In this document: in pieces, positions 26,960 to 37,713 of the stretch | How positions within the stretch are numbered: position 1 is the stretch's first letter | How the letters are laid out: each line of letters starts with the position of its first letter | Source: a phage | Reading direction: 5' to 3' (one strand) | Assembly (NCBI GenBank): GCA_020619395.1 | Contig: GCA_020619395.1_4860.1 | Length of the DNA stretch: 64,000 bases | Notes under the pieces: model-generated | The model's database searches: none | The model's input: only the letters and a program-made list of their open reading frames with translations | What the model was told of the DNA's origin: nothing | Position numbers and translations under genes: made by a program

Positions 26960-27009
26960 AAAAAAATAAAAAAAAATAAGATTGGCGTACTCCCCGAAGA
27001 GAGTACGCC
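26960..27009 (-). terminator. intrinsic terminator (GGCGTACTC...GAGTACGCC hairpin with long A-run on plus)
   Basis: hairpin immediately downstream of the gene ending at 27017. Confidence 0.55.
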
Positions 27010-27016
27010 TAGTGAC

Positions 27017-27526
27017 TTAACACTTGATGGTGTAGCCATCAAGGCCAAGGTGTACTGGTTTTATCCATAACCCTGGCTCCCCGAAAATATTCAGGTCGTA
27101 AGTTTGGTAATGCATGATCTTTGCAGGAACATGCACACCCATGCGTTGCAGAAATTCCCAGACGGCGACGTAGCGTTCACGAGTGATGAACATTAGCCCG
27201 GAGTCGAACCCGGAACCGATGTCTAGGAAATTACCAAGAGAACTGTCAAAACTTGACACCCCATCTTGAGTAAGTGCGACCAACCCTTTAGTTAAATCTC
27301 TGTGGTTGTCAATGAAGTTACAGAGATCTACGATGGTTATTTGACCGTAAATACGACGGAGGACGGCAGCAACAGCCAAAATCTCGCTGGTATTTCCGTA
27401 GTCACCTAAAGGGTTATGGTCCATCATCGCAGTAATTATGCTTGTGTCGCAGAGGTCGATTAACCGCTGGTCATGTACCACCAGGTTAAGACCTTGCCCC
27501 ACCTGCACGGTTGGCGCAGTAAACAT
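27017..27526 (-). CDS. hypothetical protein (about 169 aa; start at internal ATG)
   Basis: AAGGAG 7 nt upstream of the ATG at 27526. Confidence 0.55.
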   Translation of the reverse strand: MFTAPTVQVGQGLNLVVHDQRLIDLCDTSIITAMMDHNPLGDYGNTSEILAVAAVLRRIYGQITIVDLCNFIDNHRDLTKGLVALTQDGVSSFDSSLGNFLDIGSGFDSGLMFITRERYVAVWEFLQRMGVHVPAKIMHYQTYDLNIFGEPGLWIKPVHLGLDGYTIKC

Positions 27527-27536
27527 AGGAGGCTCC

Positions 27537-28670
27537 TTACGTTTTGACTGACTGTGAAGGTACTCTGGCATCGTACATTAAAAAGATTTCCAGCAGGCTC
27601 ATACCCGTCGCGTAAAAGATTTGGTCTGTGATGACACTCACTAACGCATCTGGGTCAATCGCATCTACTGCAAAATCGCTGTCGAACTGCCAGAACTCGA
27701 CATCATCCCCCTTTTCAAACGTCGCGGCATACAATCCAGGTTTCACACCACGCCGGAACGAAAAGAGTTTTGCGTCAGACTCAGTGTCCTTACCATAAAT
27801 TTCCCCGTCGGTCCGTGTGATCGCTGCGCGTTTACACCGAGTTACCGTAAGGAGCGCACGGTTTGCAGATGCTTGCGATTTAAACGGATAGGGGCCATCG
27901 TATGTCGGGACATTCTGGTCGCCTAAGGCATCAAGTGCCTTACTCCGATAGACTACCGGAGACTTAAAATTACACAGTCGATTCCCTTCGGTAAACATTG
28001 TGTATTCGACCTTAACGTCGGTACCGACGAGGTCAGCAGGGGACACTTTGTAGTGTGCTAACTGTCCCTGCACGCGGCGAGAGAGCATCGATGCCAGGAA
28101 GGTATGGTTGCCCTGTGTACGCAAGACATAACCGAACTCTGTGCAGTCGACGATACGAGCGTCCATACGTCGTACAGGCTCTAGCCGGTAAGTCACATCA
28201 TTCGCTTCGATAAGAAACTGACTGATGCTAACATCGCGAGATCGATGTTTGATTGCTTCAAACACTTCACCCGCTTCCAGAATAGCTGGTTCAATTACAT
28301 TGACCTGGAATGGGAGGGGTTTCGTCGGCCGTTGACCCATTGTTGTCACTGTCATCGAACGTAGCCACGGATCGTCCTCGCTAGGGTCATTGGAAAGCCA
28401 ATGTGTTAACCAGCGAGAAAGGTTCTGAGGAATCGTTGCGGTTGAATATAAAATCACGGTACCCATTATACCTGCATCAGCTAGCAAGCGCGCGAGTACC
28501 GTGTTCATCGAATCGTATTTGCCATTTCGAAGAATAGGTAATCCCCCGACCTGGACCATTTCGCAGATGACGCCGTGCGGCAGCACCCACATCTTCACTT
28601 GTTGAGCAGAATGTATCTGCCCAGTGCGCAGCTTTTCTTGCCACGCGTGCTTACGTTCATAGTTCATCAT
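27537..28670 (-). CDS. hypothetical protein (377 aa)
   Basis: long ORF. Confidence 0.6.
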   Translation of the reverse strand: MMNYERKHAWQEKLRTGQIHSAQQVKMWVLPHGVICEMVQVGGLPILRNGKYDSMNTVLARLLADAGIMGTVILYSTATIPQNLSRWLTHWLSNDPSEDDPWLRSMTVTTMGQRPTKPLPFQVNVIEPAILEAGEVFEAIKHRSRDVSISQFLIEANDVTYRLEPVRRMDARIVDCTEFGYVLRTQGNHTFLASMLSRRVQGQLAHYKVSPADLVGTDVKVEYTMFTEGNRLCNFKSPVVYRSKALDALGDQNVPTYDGPYPFKSQASANRALLTVTRCKRAAITRTDGEIYGKDTESDAKLFSFRRGVKPGLYAATFEKGDDVEFWQFDSDFAVDAIDPDALVSVITDQIFYATGMSLLEIFLMYDARVPSQSVKT

Positions 28671-28742
28671 TGGGTAAAATCTCCTTCAGGTATACTCTCA
28701 GTATGATAACATATATCCGTAAATTTTTAGAGGTTTAGTGCC

Positions 28743-30119
28743 ATGTCTGAACTGGTTTATGATTTCAGTACCGGTTGTTATCGCGATACCGGAGTGAAGG
28801 TTGCCGTCGAATCATTCGGACGTGACCCATTCTTCGACGATGACACGTATTCTACGGGCTTGTATTACGACTATGGTTTTGGCGGCTACGTCCCGATGGG
28901 TTTGGTGGTTGCTGCAGAAGCCATGAAGAATGACCGATTACGTAAAGTGTTTGACGAATGTTTTAAACATGTCGTCATCGATCGTCGTTTTGCAAAGCAA
29001 ATTCAGCTTCACGTGGATAACATTCTTAAACGTGAAGGCAATGTGGAGTGGTTAGGGTCTAATCTATTAGGCGTCCACACCATTCGTTTCTACGATTCTG
29101 ACCGTAACCGCTTTTTTGAAGATGTCTTGAAAGTCGACGAAGACTATCTGTTCGAGATGATTAAAGAATCGGGCACGATTAACACCGACTGGGCAGTGGC
29201 GGGCGATCCGTATAACCTTTCCACGGTCTATACGCTACATCGGATGATGTCGAAGTTCGCCGATCGTGAAATTCATGCCGCGGCAGTGTCGTTGGTAACG
29301 TTGCTGCAATTCAAATTCTACTCCAGTATATATTACCACTTCTTCCCCAAGCCGGTCGACATGGCCGCCGCCGACGCCGCATACTCGATGTTGTCGTTAA
29401 AGTTCGATATCCGTCGTTTAGGCAACTGGGGCCTGCACATGCAGGAGCGTTCAGAATACTTCTGTTCTCCGGAGTACCCAAACTACGACGCGGTTAAACG
29501 TTTTGATACGCCAGACCTGGTATTGCGTTTTATCACCGACCTGAACACCCGTACCAAACAAACTGTGAAGGACTATTACGCGGTATTGGACAAAGTGCGT
29601 CGTGATAACAGTCGTGTAATTACGCAGTCAACCCGAATTGAGTTAGACGGTGAATCGATTATCCGTGACAAAGTGGGTGCGCTGGATATCGCTAAGCAGA
29701 ATTTGTTCGATGCGTCTTACGACATCAACAATCTCTACAAAGAGCAATTGGCAAAAGTGGTATTGGAGCTAGTACCCAAAGCATCTCCCGCGGCACTGAA
29801 AACTTTGCTGGCGTATATTGCAAGTCTACCGCTTGGCAAAAAGCGTGATGAGATTAACGCTATCATGGAGGACACGCTATCGCACGCGTTCGATGAGATT
29901 GTTACCTCTCGTCTGAACTTTAACGATGCGAGTACGGTTCTACTGCGTATGCGTTCGTTGTACCAGGCTTCGAAGTCCCCTAACCCATACGTGTTATCGT
30001 TGCGTGAACGGATTGAGAAACTGGCCGCACGGGAAACACACATCCGTCATGAAGCCGCTCTGGCTGCCTTACGTAATGCGTTACTGTTGTACTTCTTGAT
30101 CCGCTCTTTGCAGAAATGA
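28743..30119 (+). CDS. hypothetical protein (458 aa)
   Basis: AGAGG upstream; followed by a terminator hairpin. Confidence 0.6.
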   Translation: MSELVYDFSTGCYRDTGVKVAVESFGRDPFFDDDTYSTGLYYDYGFGGYVPMGLVVAAEAMKNDRLRKVFDECFKHVVIDRRFAKQIQLHVDNILKREGNVEWLGSNLLGVHTIRFYDSDRNRFFEDVLKVDEDYLFEMIKESGTINTDWAVAGDPYNLSTVYTLHRMMSKFADREIHAAAVSLVTLLQFKFYSSIYYHFFPKPVDMAAADAAYSMLSLKFDIRRLGNWGLHMQERSEYFCSPEYPNYDAVKRFDTPDLVLRFITDLNTRTKQTVKDYYAVLDKVRRDNSRVITQSTRIELDGESIIRDKVGALDIAKQNLFDASYDINNLYKEQLAKVVLELVPKASPAALKTLLAYIASLPLGKKRDEINAIMEDTLSHAFDEIVTSRLNFNDASTVLLRMRSLYQASKSPNPYVLSLRERIEKLAARETHIRHEAALAALRNALLLYFLIRSLQK

Positions 30120-30128
30120 AATAAAATG

Positions 30129-30170
30129 CCACCTCTCCAGTTTCGGAGAGGTGGCTACGTCGTATTTTTT
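30129..30170 (+). terminator. intrinsic terminator (CCACCTCTCC...GGAGAGGTGG hairpin, T-run)
   Basis: 10-bp stem followed by TTTTTT. Confidence 0.6.
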
Positions 30171-30185
30171 CGAGTTAAAGTTGAT

Positions 30186-30428
30186 TCAGGCGAGTGCTCC
30201 CGATACGGCAACTTGATGTAGGGTATACACAACGTGTAGCCCCGCGGTCGATAGTCCACCGATAAGCAATACGCCAAAGCTACAGATAATCTGACCGAGC
30301 CGCATTGTGCGTGTGCAGACATCGTGGCTTTGTGCGTGTATGCGTATTACTTCGATGGTGTGGCGTAAGCCAAAGTATAGGCAAATCCACATTACCAGCA
30401 CGATTGCGTAGTAGAGTTGAGTCATCAC
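30186..30428 (-). CDS. small membrane protein (80 aa, two hydrophobic helices); holin-like candidate
   Basis: hydrophobic segments YYAIVLVMWICLYFGL and ICSFGVLLIGGLSTAGLHVVY; 4-nt overlap with the terminase gene. Confidence 0.45.
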   Translation of the reverse strand: MMTQLYYAIVLVMWICLYFGLRHTIEVIRIHAQSHDVCTRTMRLGQIICSFGVLLIGGLSTAGLHVVYTLHQVAVSGALA

Positions 30429-32536
30429 TTCATCCTCTGTCGTTGGATTAGCTCTTTCAAGCTTTCCATCGATGCGACGTTACGAACGTCAGTGTTGAGT
30501 TGAGAGACGAGCGCTTGAATACGATTCTTGTACATGAGCTGTTGTACCGGGTCGGCTACAACTTGACTCTGCCTAATCATCGTTTCAATTTGCCCCATCA
30601 GTTGTTGTTGCTTTTCTTCTTCCTCGACTGCAGCCTCTTCATCGAATTCACCTGCCATGCCCCCGAGCATATTGCGGTTGCGCATCATCAGTCGGCTGTT
30701 ACTTATACCGTAGTGGCCTAAGTTGTTGCCGAACAGAAGTAACCACATTGCCAGGAGCCAGGATATTACCAGGTCATCGTGACCGGATGCACGGTGGTCT
30801 ATGCGCCCGTTTCGTTCGACGAGACCGAGGATTTGGTCGATCAATTCGCCTGACCGCAGTAAGTCCGCAGAAAGACGCAACGCCGTGGTAAATACTTCAC
30901 CATACAACTTACGGCGTTTATCCTGGTCGGTTGAGAAACCGATGTATTTACGGAATTTGTCCCAGAAGCGCTCTGGACTGCCCACAGGGCCACGATGGAA
31001 CTCTTTGTAAAGTTCATCGTTCCTTGAGTAATCCTGGGTCACTTTCACGTACAAACGACGATGCAAATCGCGAACCTTAGATTGCAGCTGCAGTATGATG
31101 GCATCTGCTACCGAGGAGCCGGTAGACCGTCGTTCCAGAATGAGTACCGTGTTCGGATATTCGATCATGAAGTCTGCTAAGTGAATCGCAAACCCGATGA
31201 CGTTTGTTTCGTTCACGGTGAGCTTGCCGGCATATTCGGCAGTGACAGAGTTGACGATTGACATGGCAATGGCGTCCCGCCCCACGGCTTCGGAAGTATC
31301 CAAACCGATGATGTGGCGGTCTTGCATTTTAACCAGCATCTGTTCTTCGGTGTAATACCAATCCGTTACGTAGTTGGAAGCAGAGATAATTTTCTGTGCT
31401 GCCCGAATACGCGAGGCGTTCATACGTCTTGCATCATCGCCTGAGAACGGTTTGTTGTAACCACCGGTTGTCCATTCACCACCGAAGTCACGGCGGATTT
31501 GGTCTGGTGTACCTGGGGCGTTCGCAATCATATCTGCGAGTTCTTCGTCCGTGGTACCGAGTTGGCGGTGGTTGTATTTCACGTAGAACATGATACGTGG
31601 AATCTTCGCAGTAGAGCCTTTGCGAATCATGTCAATCAGTTGTGCACGAGTCGGAATGTCGATATACCGTTCATCCCACGAAATCCCCGACGTCATCAGG
31701 CTGTACATGTACTCGCCTTCTTCTGTCGCCAAATCCCCAGGCGTTGTTGCGAAGACGTTGCCGTATGGAACACCTTCGGCTTCGTTAATACGACGCGCCG
31801 CGGTACCCGATGCTAGTGCAGCAGGGAGGATATGGTGGATGTTGTTGGTAAACGGTCCTTCATCCGAGAACAGGCGTCCGGCTGTGAGTCCACGGCCTAC
31901 CCCGTTCGCAGCTTCCTTATCGTTTTGACCGATGCCGGTGATAAGTTTGTTACCCTGCGCTAGACATGCAAATGTCTCACGGTTATCAGGATCGTCCGGG
32001 TGATGTGGCCAGAGATAATCCGGTAACGCGTTACGCAGTTGTTTCATTTTGTTGATAGTTTCTTCACGCAGGGCAGGACCCTTCGTGATAAGAATCGTAC
32101 GTGAGTTCTCCAGGAAGCGCATCAGCCACAATAGCAATGCGGACATCCCGACAGTTTTACCATGCTGACGGAGAAACTCGATAGCGGCGTCGATGTTGTT
32201 GAAGAAAATCCAATACATCGAAAAGTTACCGCGGTCTAGACGAAACGGCATCCCGTTCTTTACACCATCCGCAGGGACCCGGACACACTCACGGAAGAAG
32301 TACCATGGGTTTTCCGCACACTCCGTAACAATCATCGCTTTTTGTTCGAGTGTTAAATCCGGGCTAAACGGATCAACACCACGGAGTTCGGGATTGTGTA
32401 ATGCCAGGTGGACGTACCAATGCTGGACACCTAATCCTTGTAGTGTTGTGGCGAATTGAAGGAAGTGCACGTTTGGTGTGACATCGTCAACAATCGCCCC
32501 CGGATAGTGTCGCCAATCGTTTTTTCGCAGTATCAT
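30425..32536 (-). CDS. terminase large subunit (T4 gp17-like)
   Basis: Walker A-like LRQHGKT near the N-terminus, resembling the T4 gp17 P-loop; size 703 aa. Confidence 0.6.
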   Translation of the reverse strand: MILRKNDWRHYPGAIVDDVTPNVHFLQFATTLQGLGVQHWYVHLALHNPELRGVDPFSPDLTLEQKAMIVTECAENPWYFFRECVRVPADGVKNGMPFRLDRGNFSMYWIFFNNIDAAIEFLRQHGKTVGMSALLLWLMRFLENSRTILITKGPALREETINKMKQLRNALPDYLWPHHPDDPDNRETFACLAQGNKLITGIGQNDKEAANGVGRGLTAGRLFSDEGPFTNNIHHILPAALASGTAARRINEAEGVPYGNVFATTPGDLATEEGEYMYSLMTSGISWDERYIDIPTRAQLIDMIRKGSTAKIPRIMFYVKYNHRQLGTTDEELADMIANAPGTPDQIRRDFGGEWTTGGYNKPFSGDDARRMNASRIRAAQKIISASNYVTDWYYTEEQMLVKMQDRHIIGLDTSEAVGRDAIAMSIVNSVTAEYAGKLTVNETNVIGFAIHLADFMIEYPNTVLILERRSTGSSVADAIILQLQSKVRDLHRRLYVKVTQDYSRNDELYKEFHRGPVGSPERFWDKFRKYIGFSTDQDKRRKLYGEVFTTALRLSADLLRSGELIDQILGLVERNGRIDHRASGHDDLVISWLLAMWLLLFGNNLGHYGISNSRLMMRNRNMLGGMAGEFDEEAAVEEEEKQQQLMGQIETMIRQSQVVADPVQQLMYKNRIQALVSQLNTDVRNVASMESLKELIQRQRMK

Positions 32537-32548
32537 ACAATCTCCATA

Positions 32549-32572
32549 CCTCCACCCCCGAAGGGGTGGAGG
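32549..32572 (-). promoter_or_regulatory. stable GC-rich hairpin (10-bp stem, UUCG loop on minus) in the 5' leader of the terminase gene
   Basis: CCTCCACCCC-CGAA-GGGGTGGAGG between the upstream stop at 32581 and the terminase ATG at 32536; no long T-run. Confidence 0.45.
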
Positions 32573-32580
32573 AAGGTTTG

Positions 32581-34224
32581 TTACTCGATGTGGTGCGCCA
32601 GCATTGGCGTAGCCGCGAGGTTAAGCGTATCCGTAGGAGTGCGACGAATCCAGCGAATAACTAACGAATCGTCCAGAGCGATACGATAATCTACCGTTTG
32701 CTCATTTAACCACTCATCGATGCTGTGGGTGTAAACCTTACCACCGACATGCACCTCAAAGTGTGTAGGCTCGGGAGCCTCAGATTCATTACGACGATCG
32801 TAGAGCGGATAAATCGGCTCGTACAACGCTTTAAGCCACTCGGCTTTAGAGGCACAACCACAACGAAGGTTCAGCGTGGAGTAGTTGACGTTAGAGTATT
32901 TGAACTCCGCCCAAATTTCATTACCGTAGACCAGCCCATCAGGCAGGTATTCGATAAGGAAGTTGGTATTCAACTCGTTACCTGGGTTCACTAACGTGAT
33001 GGCGAAAGACTGCGCCTGGATGAATGCGCGGAATTGTGGATTTACTTTGCTGATATCCACCTGCACATTCAGACGCTGTTTCACACCCATCAACAGTGGG
33101 TCGAATGTAGTCCCTGTGGTGTACTGGATGTTTGCGGTCGCGTCGTAGACTTGGCCGCGTGTCAGGTTGTACAGCAGGAACGACAGACGATAACCACGGT
33201 TCGCATCCAACCAACGCGGAACCACAAACAGCTTCATGGAATAAGCACCATCGACTGTTTCGGTTACAGCGGTGTAGTCTTTGACAATTGTATCTTTAAC
33301 AATGTCAGTACCACCGTAGGTTTCACCGCGAGCCAACTGATAGCTTAACTGGCAAGGTAACTCATTACCGGCGTTTGAAGCGATGTAAAACGTGTCATGT
33401 GCACCAGAGTTACGCAGACCGTTAAACTTCACACGCGAACCATCGATAGGTAGGCGTTTGGTTCCGTCGCTGTACTGGATGTCACACCACAGAGGAATAG
33501 ATTCCAGCGGGATGTTAATCGGCAGCGTCAGCGTAGTACCATTGTCGTCTACCAGGAACGGTGAAACCAGTTTAATACCTAGCACAGTGCGAGACGGAGT
33601 CTCTTGCGCCATCACCAGATTGGTCTTGATGATGTGACCGTGGGCGATCTGAACAACGTTACCGGTGTCGGAGTAAACCAGGAAAGTACACTCTTCACCG
33701 TTACTGACTTCAGCCAGACAGCTCCCAGGAATCGCTTGTTTCACCACAGTTTCTGCGTCAGCCGCACTGATAGTCTGCACCGGCAGATAGTTCTTTTTCA
33801 GAACCCCGTCTTTGTAATAACCAGACAGGATTTCCGCATCATCGTTTACAGATGACCCACGCAGGATACGCACACCGTCGATATCGGGACCGTTGAAAGT
33901 GACGGCATCATCGATAACCATCGTCGGTGGAAGTTTGGTGCTGTCCACGTAGACGCGATATCTGTCAGAGCGTAGTGGGTAGTGACCATTAAGACGCCCG
34001 TCTTGGTTTGCCACACCAACGCCACCGAACGGTTCTGTTTCCCACGACGGTACCGAATAGTTTACGCTAACCACGCGGTCAAAACCGGAGGTCATGTCGT
34101 TCACGATAAGGTCACGTGGGTTAGGTACGTAACCTGTTGGTTTGTTTGGTTCGTACAATTCACTCGGGTCCCAGACTTCGAACCCGCGATCCTTGTCGAT
34201 TAATTTGGACGCAATCTTCGCCAT
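32581..34224 (-). CDS. hypothetical virion-module protein (547 aa)
   Basis: long ORF between the terminase and the tail genes. Confidence 0.55.
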   Translation of the reverse strand: MAKIASKLIDKDRGFEVWDPSELYEPNKPTGYVPNPRDLIVNDMTSGFDRVVSVNYSVPSWETEPFGGVGVANQDGRLNGHYPLRSDRYRVYVDSTKLPPTMVIDDAVTFNGPDIDGVRILRGSSVNDDAEILSGYYKDGVLKKNYLPVQTISAADAETVVKQAIPGSCLAEVSNGEECTFLVYSDTGNVVQIAHGHIIKTNLVMAQETPSRTVLGIKLVSPFLVDDNGTTLTLPINIPLESIPLWCDIQYSDGTKRLPIDGSRVKFNGLRNSGAHDTFYIASNAGNELPCQLSYQLARGETYGGTDIVKDTIVKDYTAVTETVDGAYSMKLFVVPRWLDANRGYRLSFLLYNLTRGQVYDATANIQYTTGTTFDPLLMGVKQRLNVQVDISKVNPQFRAFIQAQSFAITLVNPGNELNTNFLIEYLPDGLVYGNEIWAEFKYSNVNYSTLNLRCGCASKAEWLKALYEPIYPLYDRRNESEAPEPTHFEVHVGGKVYTHSIDEWLNEQTVDYRIALDDSLVIRWIRRTPTDTLNLAATPMLAHHIE

Positions 34225-34226
34225 GA

Positions 34227-36740
34227 TTAACCCTTGATTATCAGATACTGATTAAGCTGCACTTCGCCATTCAGATAACGTTCATTGACGCGGTCTAAGA
34301 AGGCAAAGCCAAGTTCGTTGATTTCTACCGTTTCGTACTTCACATGCGGATGCAGTTTCACAAACGCTTTATCGTAACCGATATAGGCCGGGTCAAACGG
34401 CAGGAGGTCTTTATAACGCTCCATGATGTCATCCAGCTGTGACGTCGAGATACGATACTCCGGATCGTCTTCCCGCAGAATCAGAATACCTTGCAAGTAG
34501 TCCCACAAGATTTTGTTCAGGGTTGGCGAATAGAGGTGATACAGATACGGCAACGGTACCGGGTTAACCGGCGGAGGTGTCGGGAACCAGTTAGACAGGT
34601 AAGCCTCGACGCGTGTGTCCAAATCACGGGCAGTGTCGCGCAAGTCGTACGTATCGCCGCTTATCAGCGTCCGTAACGGAATAGTCGGATCGTCGACCGA
34701 GTATGGGAACCCGTCTTGCACGATGTCAACACCTACAGTGTTGTCTTCACGGAACACGACTTCGTCACGCAATAGCAGTGAACCGCCACCCACGACACGA
34801 ATCACTTTGTCGTCACGGCAATCAAACTGGCTGTTATTAGACAGCAGTCCGCTTGACACGAAACCGTGTTTAGGAATACGGAGTTCACCGGTCACGCCAC
34901 GACAACGCACTGAGACTTTATTTGTATCCCCGTCCGCCATCCACGCTTTACAAACCACCACAATTTCCGGCCAGCGGGTGTGGTAATCGATACCGTGCAC
35001 CAGTGGGTGGTTGTTCAACCACACTTCAACCGTTTCCATCGGTAGCCACAGCGTGCGCTGCTGCCCGTCTTGGTTGCGTGCTACAATCGGAATACGTATC
35101 TGACCTTCCGACACCTTAACATCCACTTCGAAGAACAGATGGAAGTCGTCGTAAATCACTGTCGGGTGACGTCGTGTCCGATCTACGGTCCAGGTGATTT
35201 TATTTCCGTCGCGAGTATAATCCGTTCCTTCCTCGGCTTTGTAGTAGTCGTTGGTTGGAACTTCCCCGATGACCATTCGAATCCACAGCCCAACGTTTGA
35301 ACCTGGCTCAATTTCAAAGTCTGGAGCGTTGTCAACAATCTTCACCGCATCCGAGACTTCACCCGCAATAGCCTCGATGATTCGTGCTTCTGGATTGCGA
35401 GGGATGTAAACATCGTAGCCTGCATTACGGTGATGTTCTAACAGCAACCCATCGGCATCGTACTCGTATACAGTTGACAGCGTTGCCAGTAAGTCGGGCA
35501 GAGTACCGCGATAGCCACCGGATGTAAGTTCCAGACGCTGTGGAGTGTCGGCACTGTAACGTGCGGCGGCATTGTAGCCGTACGCATCAGTGCAGAGATC
35601 GCGTGTGATGTTCCGGAGTTTGGCTGCCGCTAACCGATTCGCTGCCGATTCCTCGAGCGCTGCTGCGGTCCACTCTGGTACGTTGGAGTTTGCCCCCACC
35701 ATCGCACCGATGATCTGCTCGTCACTAAGACGATAGAGGTCATGTGTGTGGGTGGAGTTATACAGCGGCTTCAGGTCAAGGAAATCGTCACGTATCAATA
35801 AACGAATCGTTAGTTCGTCGATATCATTCATTGGGTTAGTGAAAGCGGTGCGGTATTTCGAAATCCGCATCGACGGAATCGATATATCGTTCCACGTCAA
35901 TTGACGCACGGCCTGATGACGGTGGCGGTGGTAGTAACGCCCTTCGCCTTTCCACAACAACTGAATTTCACAGTCGTTGTTGAAAATCCAAATGCCATCC
36001 CCTTTTGGAATGTGCAGCAGGTATTTTCGTGTTTGGTCAAGCGTTGAGTAGAACGTTTGCAAATCCCCACAACGGTATTCAATTACACGACGAATGCGGC
36101 CGTCGACACGAATTTCAACATCATCCCATGCTTTGATATCCGCGGGCTTAGGATCAGCAATCATCTTTCCGTTTACCCAGAAATCGACATAGCCGATTTT
36201 CTGGCCTTTCAACAGATTATAACGGTCTAAGACGATCTGGATCTGTTGTGGGTTCGGCGGATTATACGGTTCGATGAACGTCGGTTTAACAACAGGAGCG
36301 TTTTCGCCGCCATCATTACCAGCATAAATGCGTAGATAACACGGCGCGTCGTCTAACCACTTGTAGCGTTCCGTTTGCGGAATCGCCATGTAAATCTGAC
36401 CAGAGAGTGTCCGCCAGAAATACACAGAGTTCGACGGGATAATTGTCCCATCTTCGTTGTACACCTGCATCCACGCATGGAAGTTATTTACACACGTAGT
36501 AAGTTTCTTCCAGCGCTCAGGAGGGATACTCAAGTTGCCGTAGTTGAGGTGGAGCTTGTCAATTACAAACGCGTGCCACCACCCCTCGCCCGGTAAAGGA
36601 ATCGGATTACGCCCGTGCTTGAAAAACCCGATCGCTCCGGTCTTTTCAGTTAATCGAAAAGGCGCAATGTTCAACACCCCATCGAGGTACGGACGCTGCC
36701 ACGCATTTTTAACGGCGTGAGCGACCAGCCAGTTCTCCAT
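34227..36740 (-). CDS. hypothetical virion-module protein (837 aa)
   Basis: long ORF in the same block. Confidence 0.55.
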   Translation of the reverse strand: MENWLVAHAVKNAWQRPYLDGVLNIAPFRLTEKTGAIGFFKHGRNPIPLPGEGWWHAFVIDKLHLNYGNLSIPPERWKKLTTCVNNFHAWMQVYNEDGTIIPSNSVYFWRTLSGQIYMAIPQTERYKWLDDAPCYLRIYAGNDGGENAPVVKPTFIEPYNPPNPQQIQIVLDRYNLLKGQKIGYVDFWVNGKMIADPKPADIKAWDDVEIRVDGRIRRVIEYRCGDLQTFYSTLDQTRKYLLHIPKGDGIWIFNNDCEIQLLWKGEGRYYHRHRHQAVRQLTWNDISIPSMRISKYRTAFTNPMNDIDELTIRLLIRDDFLDLKPLYNSTHTHDLYRLSDEQIIGAMVGANSNVPEWTAAALEESAANRLAAAKLRNITRDLCTDAYGYNAAARYSADTPQRLELTSGGYRGTLPDLLATLSTVYEYDADGLLLEHHRNAGYDVYIPRNPEARIIEAIAGEVSDAVKIVDNAPDFEIEPGSNVGLWIRMVIGEVPTNDYYKAEEGTDYTRDGNKITWTVDRTRRHPTVIYDDFHLFFEVDVKVSEGQIRIPIVARNQDGQQRTLWLPMETVEVWLNNHPLVHGIDYHTRWPEIVVVCKAWMADGDTNKVSVRCRGVTGELRIPKHGFVSSGLLSNNSQFDCRDDKVIRVVGGGSLLLRDEVVFREDNTVGVDIVQDGFPYSVDDPTIPLRTLISGDTYDLRDTARDLDTRVEAYLSNWFPTPPPVNPVPLPYLYHLYSPTLNKILWDYLQGILILREDDPEYRISTSQLDDIMERYKDLLPFDPAYIGYDKAFVKLHPHVKYETVEINELGFAFLDRVNERYLNGEVQLNQYLIIKG

Positions 36741-36750
36741 AGTGGGCCTC

Positions 36751-37656
36751 TTACTTGATGTTCAGTGGTTTGGTGTTTTGATTCATCAGAAGGTTGTAGG
36801 TGAATTCAAACTTATCGCGTTTCTTAGCGGTGTCTGACTTCTTCACAATCCCACCTAACCGACTGCGGTTAAACATGTTATTATCCAGACAAGCCTTAAT
36901 CATAACGAAGAGACTAGGCGGATATTCGATGGCGCTAGTAGCGAGTTGTTTTTCATAACTCACCCCGAAGAAGCTGGTATTCAACATCTGCTGCAGAGAC
37001 AGAATGCTCAGGTCACGCACCCGCGGAGTGATATCTGCAGCCTGCACCATTTCGACGAATTCTGCGATATTACGCGGGAAAAGATATTCTGTGTGGCCTG
37101 TCACTGATTCAAACAGTTCCGCAGGTAAGCCTAATTGTTGCTCCAGCATCTGCTGCAAACGTAAAGCTTTCACATCATCTTCGACGTGATTATAGAACTG
37201 TCCCACAGAGAACAATGCAGCCAACGCTTTGATTTGCCCACTTTGATATGGAGCAAGTGCAAACGTGTGGGTAATCGCATCCGACACCCATTTGCTGAAA
37301 ATCTCATGGTGGTAGGGCATCTGTGCCATCAGTGCAGCAAGCTTACCATTACTCCGTTTCCACACCAATTCCCAGCGAGCCTGGTCGAGACGCAATGCGT
37401 GTTCGACTGGGTTTCGTATTTTTAGCTCGTTGGTCTTATCCAGCGTGGTAAACGTGGCTGCGTATACATAAACGTCGTCGCCGATAACAATCGGCAAAGG
37501 AAACGGTTTTACATCAGCGGTCTCAACAACGTAATGAACTTCATCGGACTGTGCGACAGTTTGGTTAAGTTTACGGGCTAATTCCAGGTCTGCCTTGGTG
37601 CGAGTAAGGTCAAGTGCATTAAAGGGATTACCGCTGTAAGCGTTTTCGAGTGCCAT
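36751..37656 (-). CDS. hypothetical protein (about 301 aa; start at internal ATG)
   Basis: AAGGAT upstream of the ATG at 37656; the listed longer ORF overlaps the divergent sheath gene. Confidence 0.5.
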   Translation of the reverse strand: MALENAYSGNPFNALDLTRTKADLELARKLNQTVAQSDEVHYVVETADVKPFPLPIVIGDDVYVYAATFTTLDKTNELKIRNPVEHALRLDQARWELVWKRSNGKLAALMAQMPYHHEIFSKWVSDAITHTFALAPYQSGQIKALAALFSVGQFYNHVEDDVKALRLQQMLEQQLGLPAELFESVTGHTEYLFPRNIAEFVEMVQAADITPRVRDLSILSLQQMLNTSFFGVSYEKQLATSAIEYPPSLFVMIKACLDNNMFNRSRLGGIVKKSDTAKKRDKFEFTYNLLMNQNTKPLNIK

Positions 37657-37713
37657 GAGTATGATCCTTAGTATGACCATCAGGTCTTTAAGACGAATAT
37701 ATGGAGACGTTCC

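Noticed and set aside
22140-27016. Possible rRNA, tmRNA or RNase P RNA in the ORF-free region
   Set aside because: None of the universal rRNA, tmRNA or RNase P signature strings that I can recall were found on either strand by eye.
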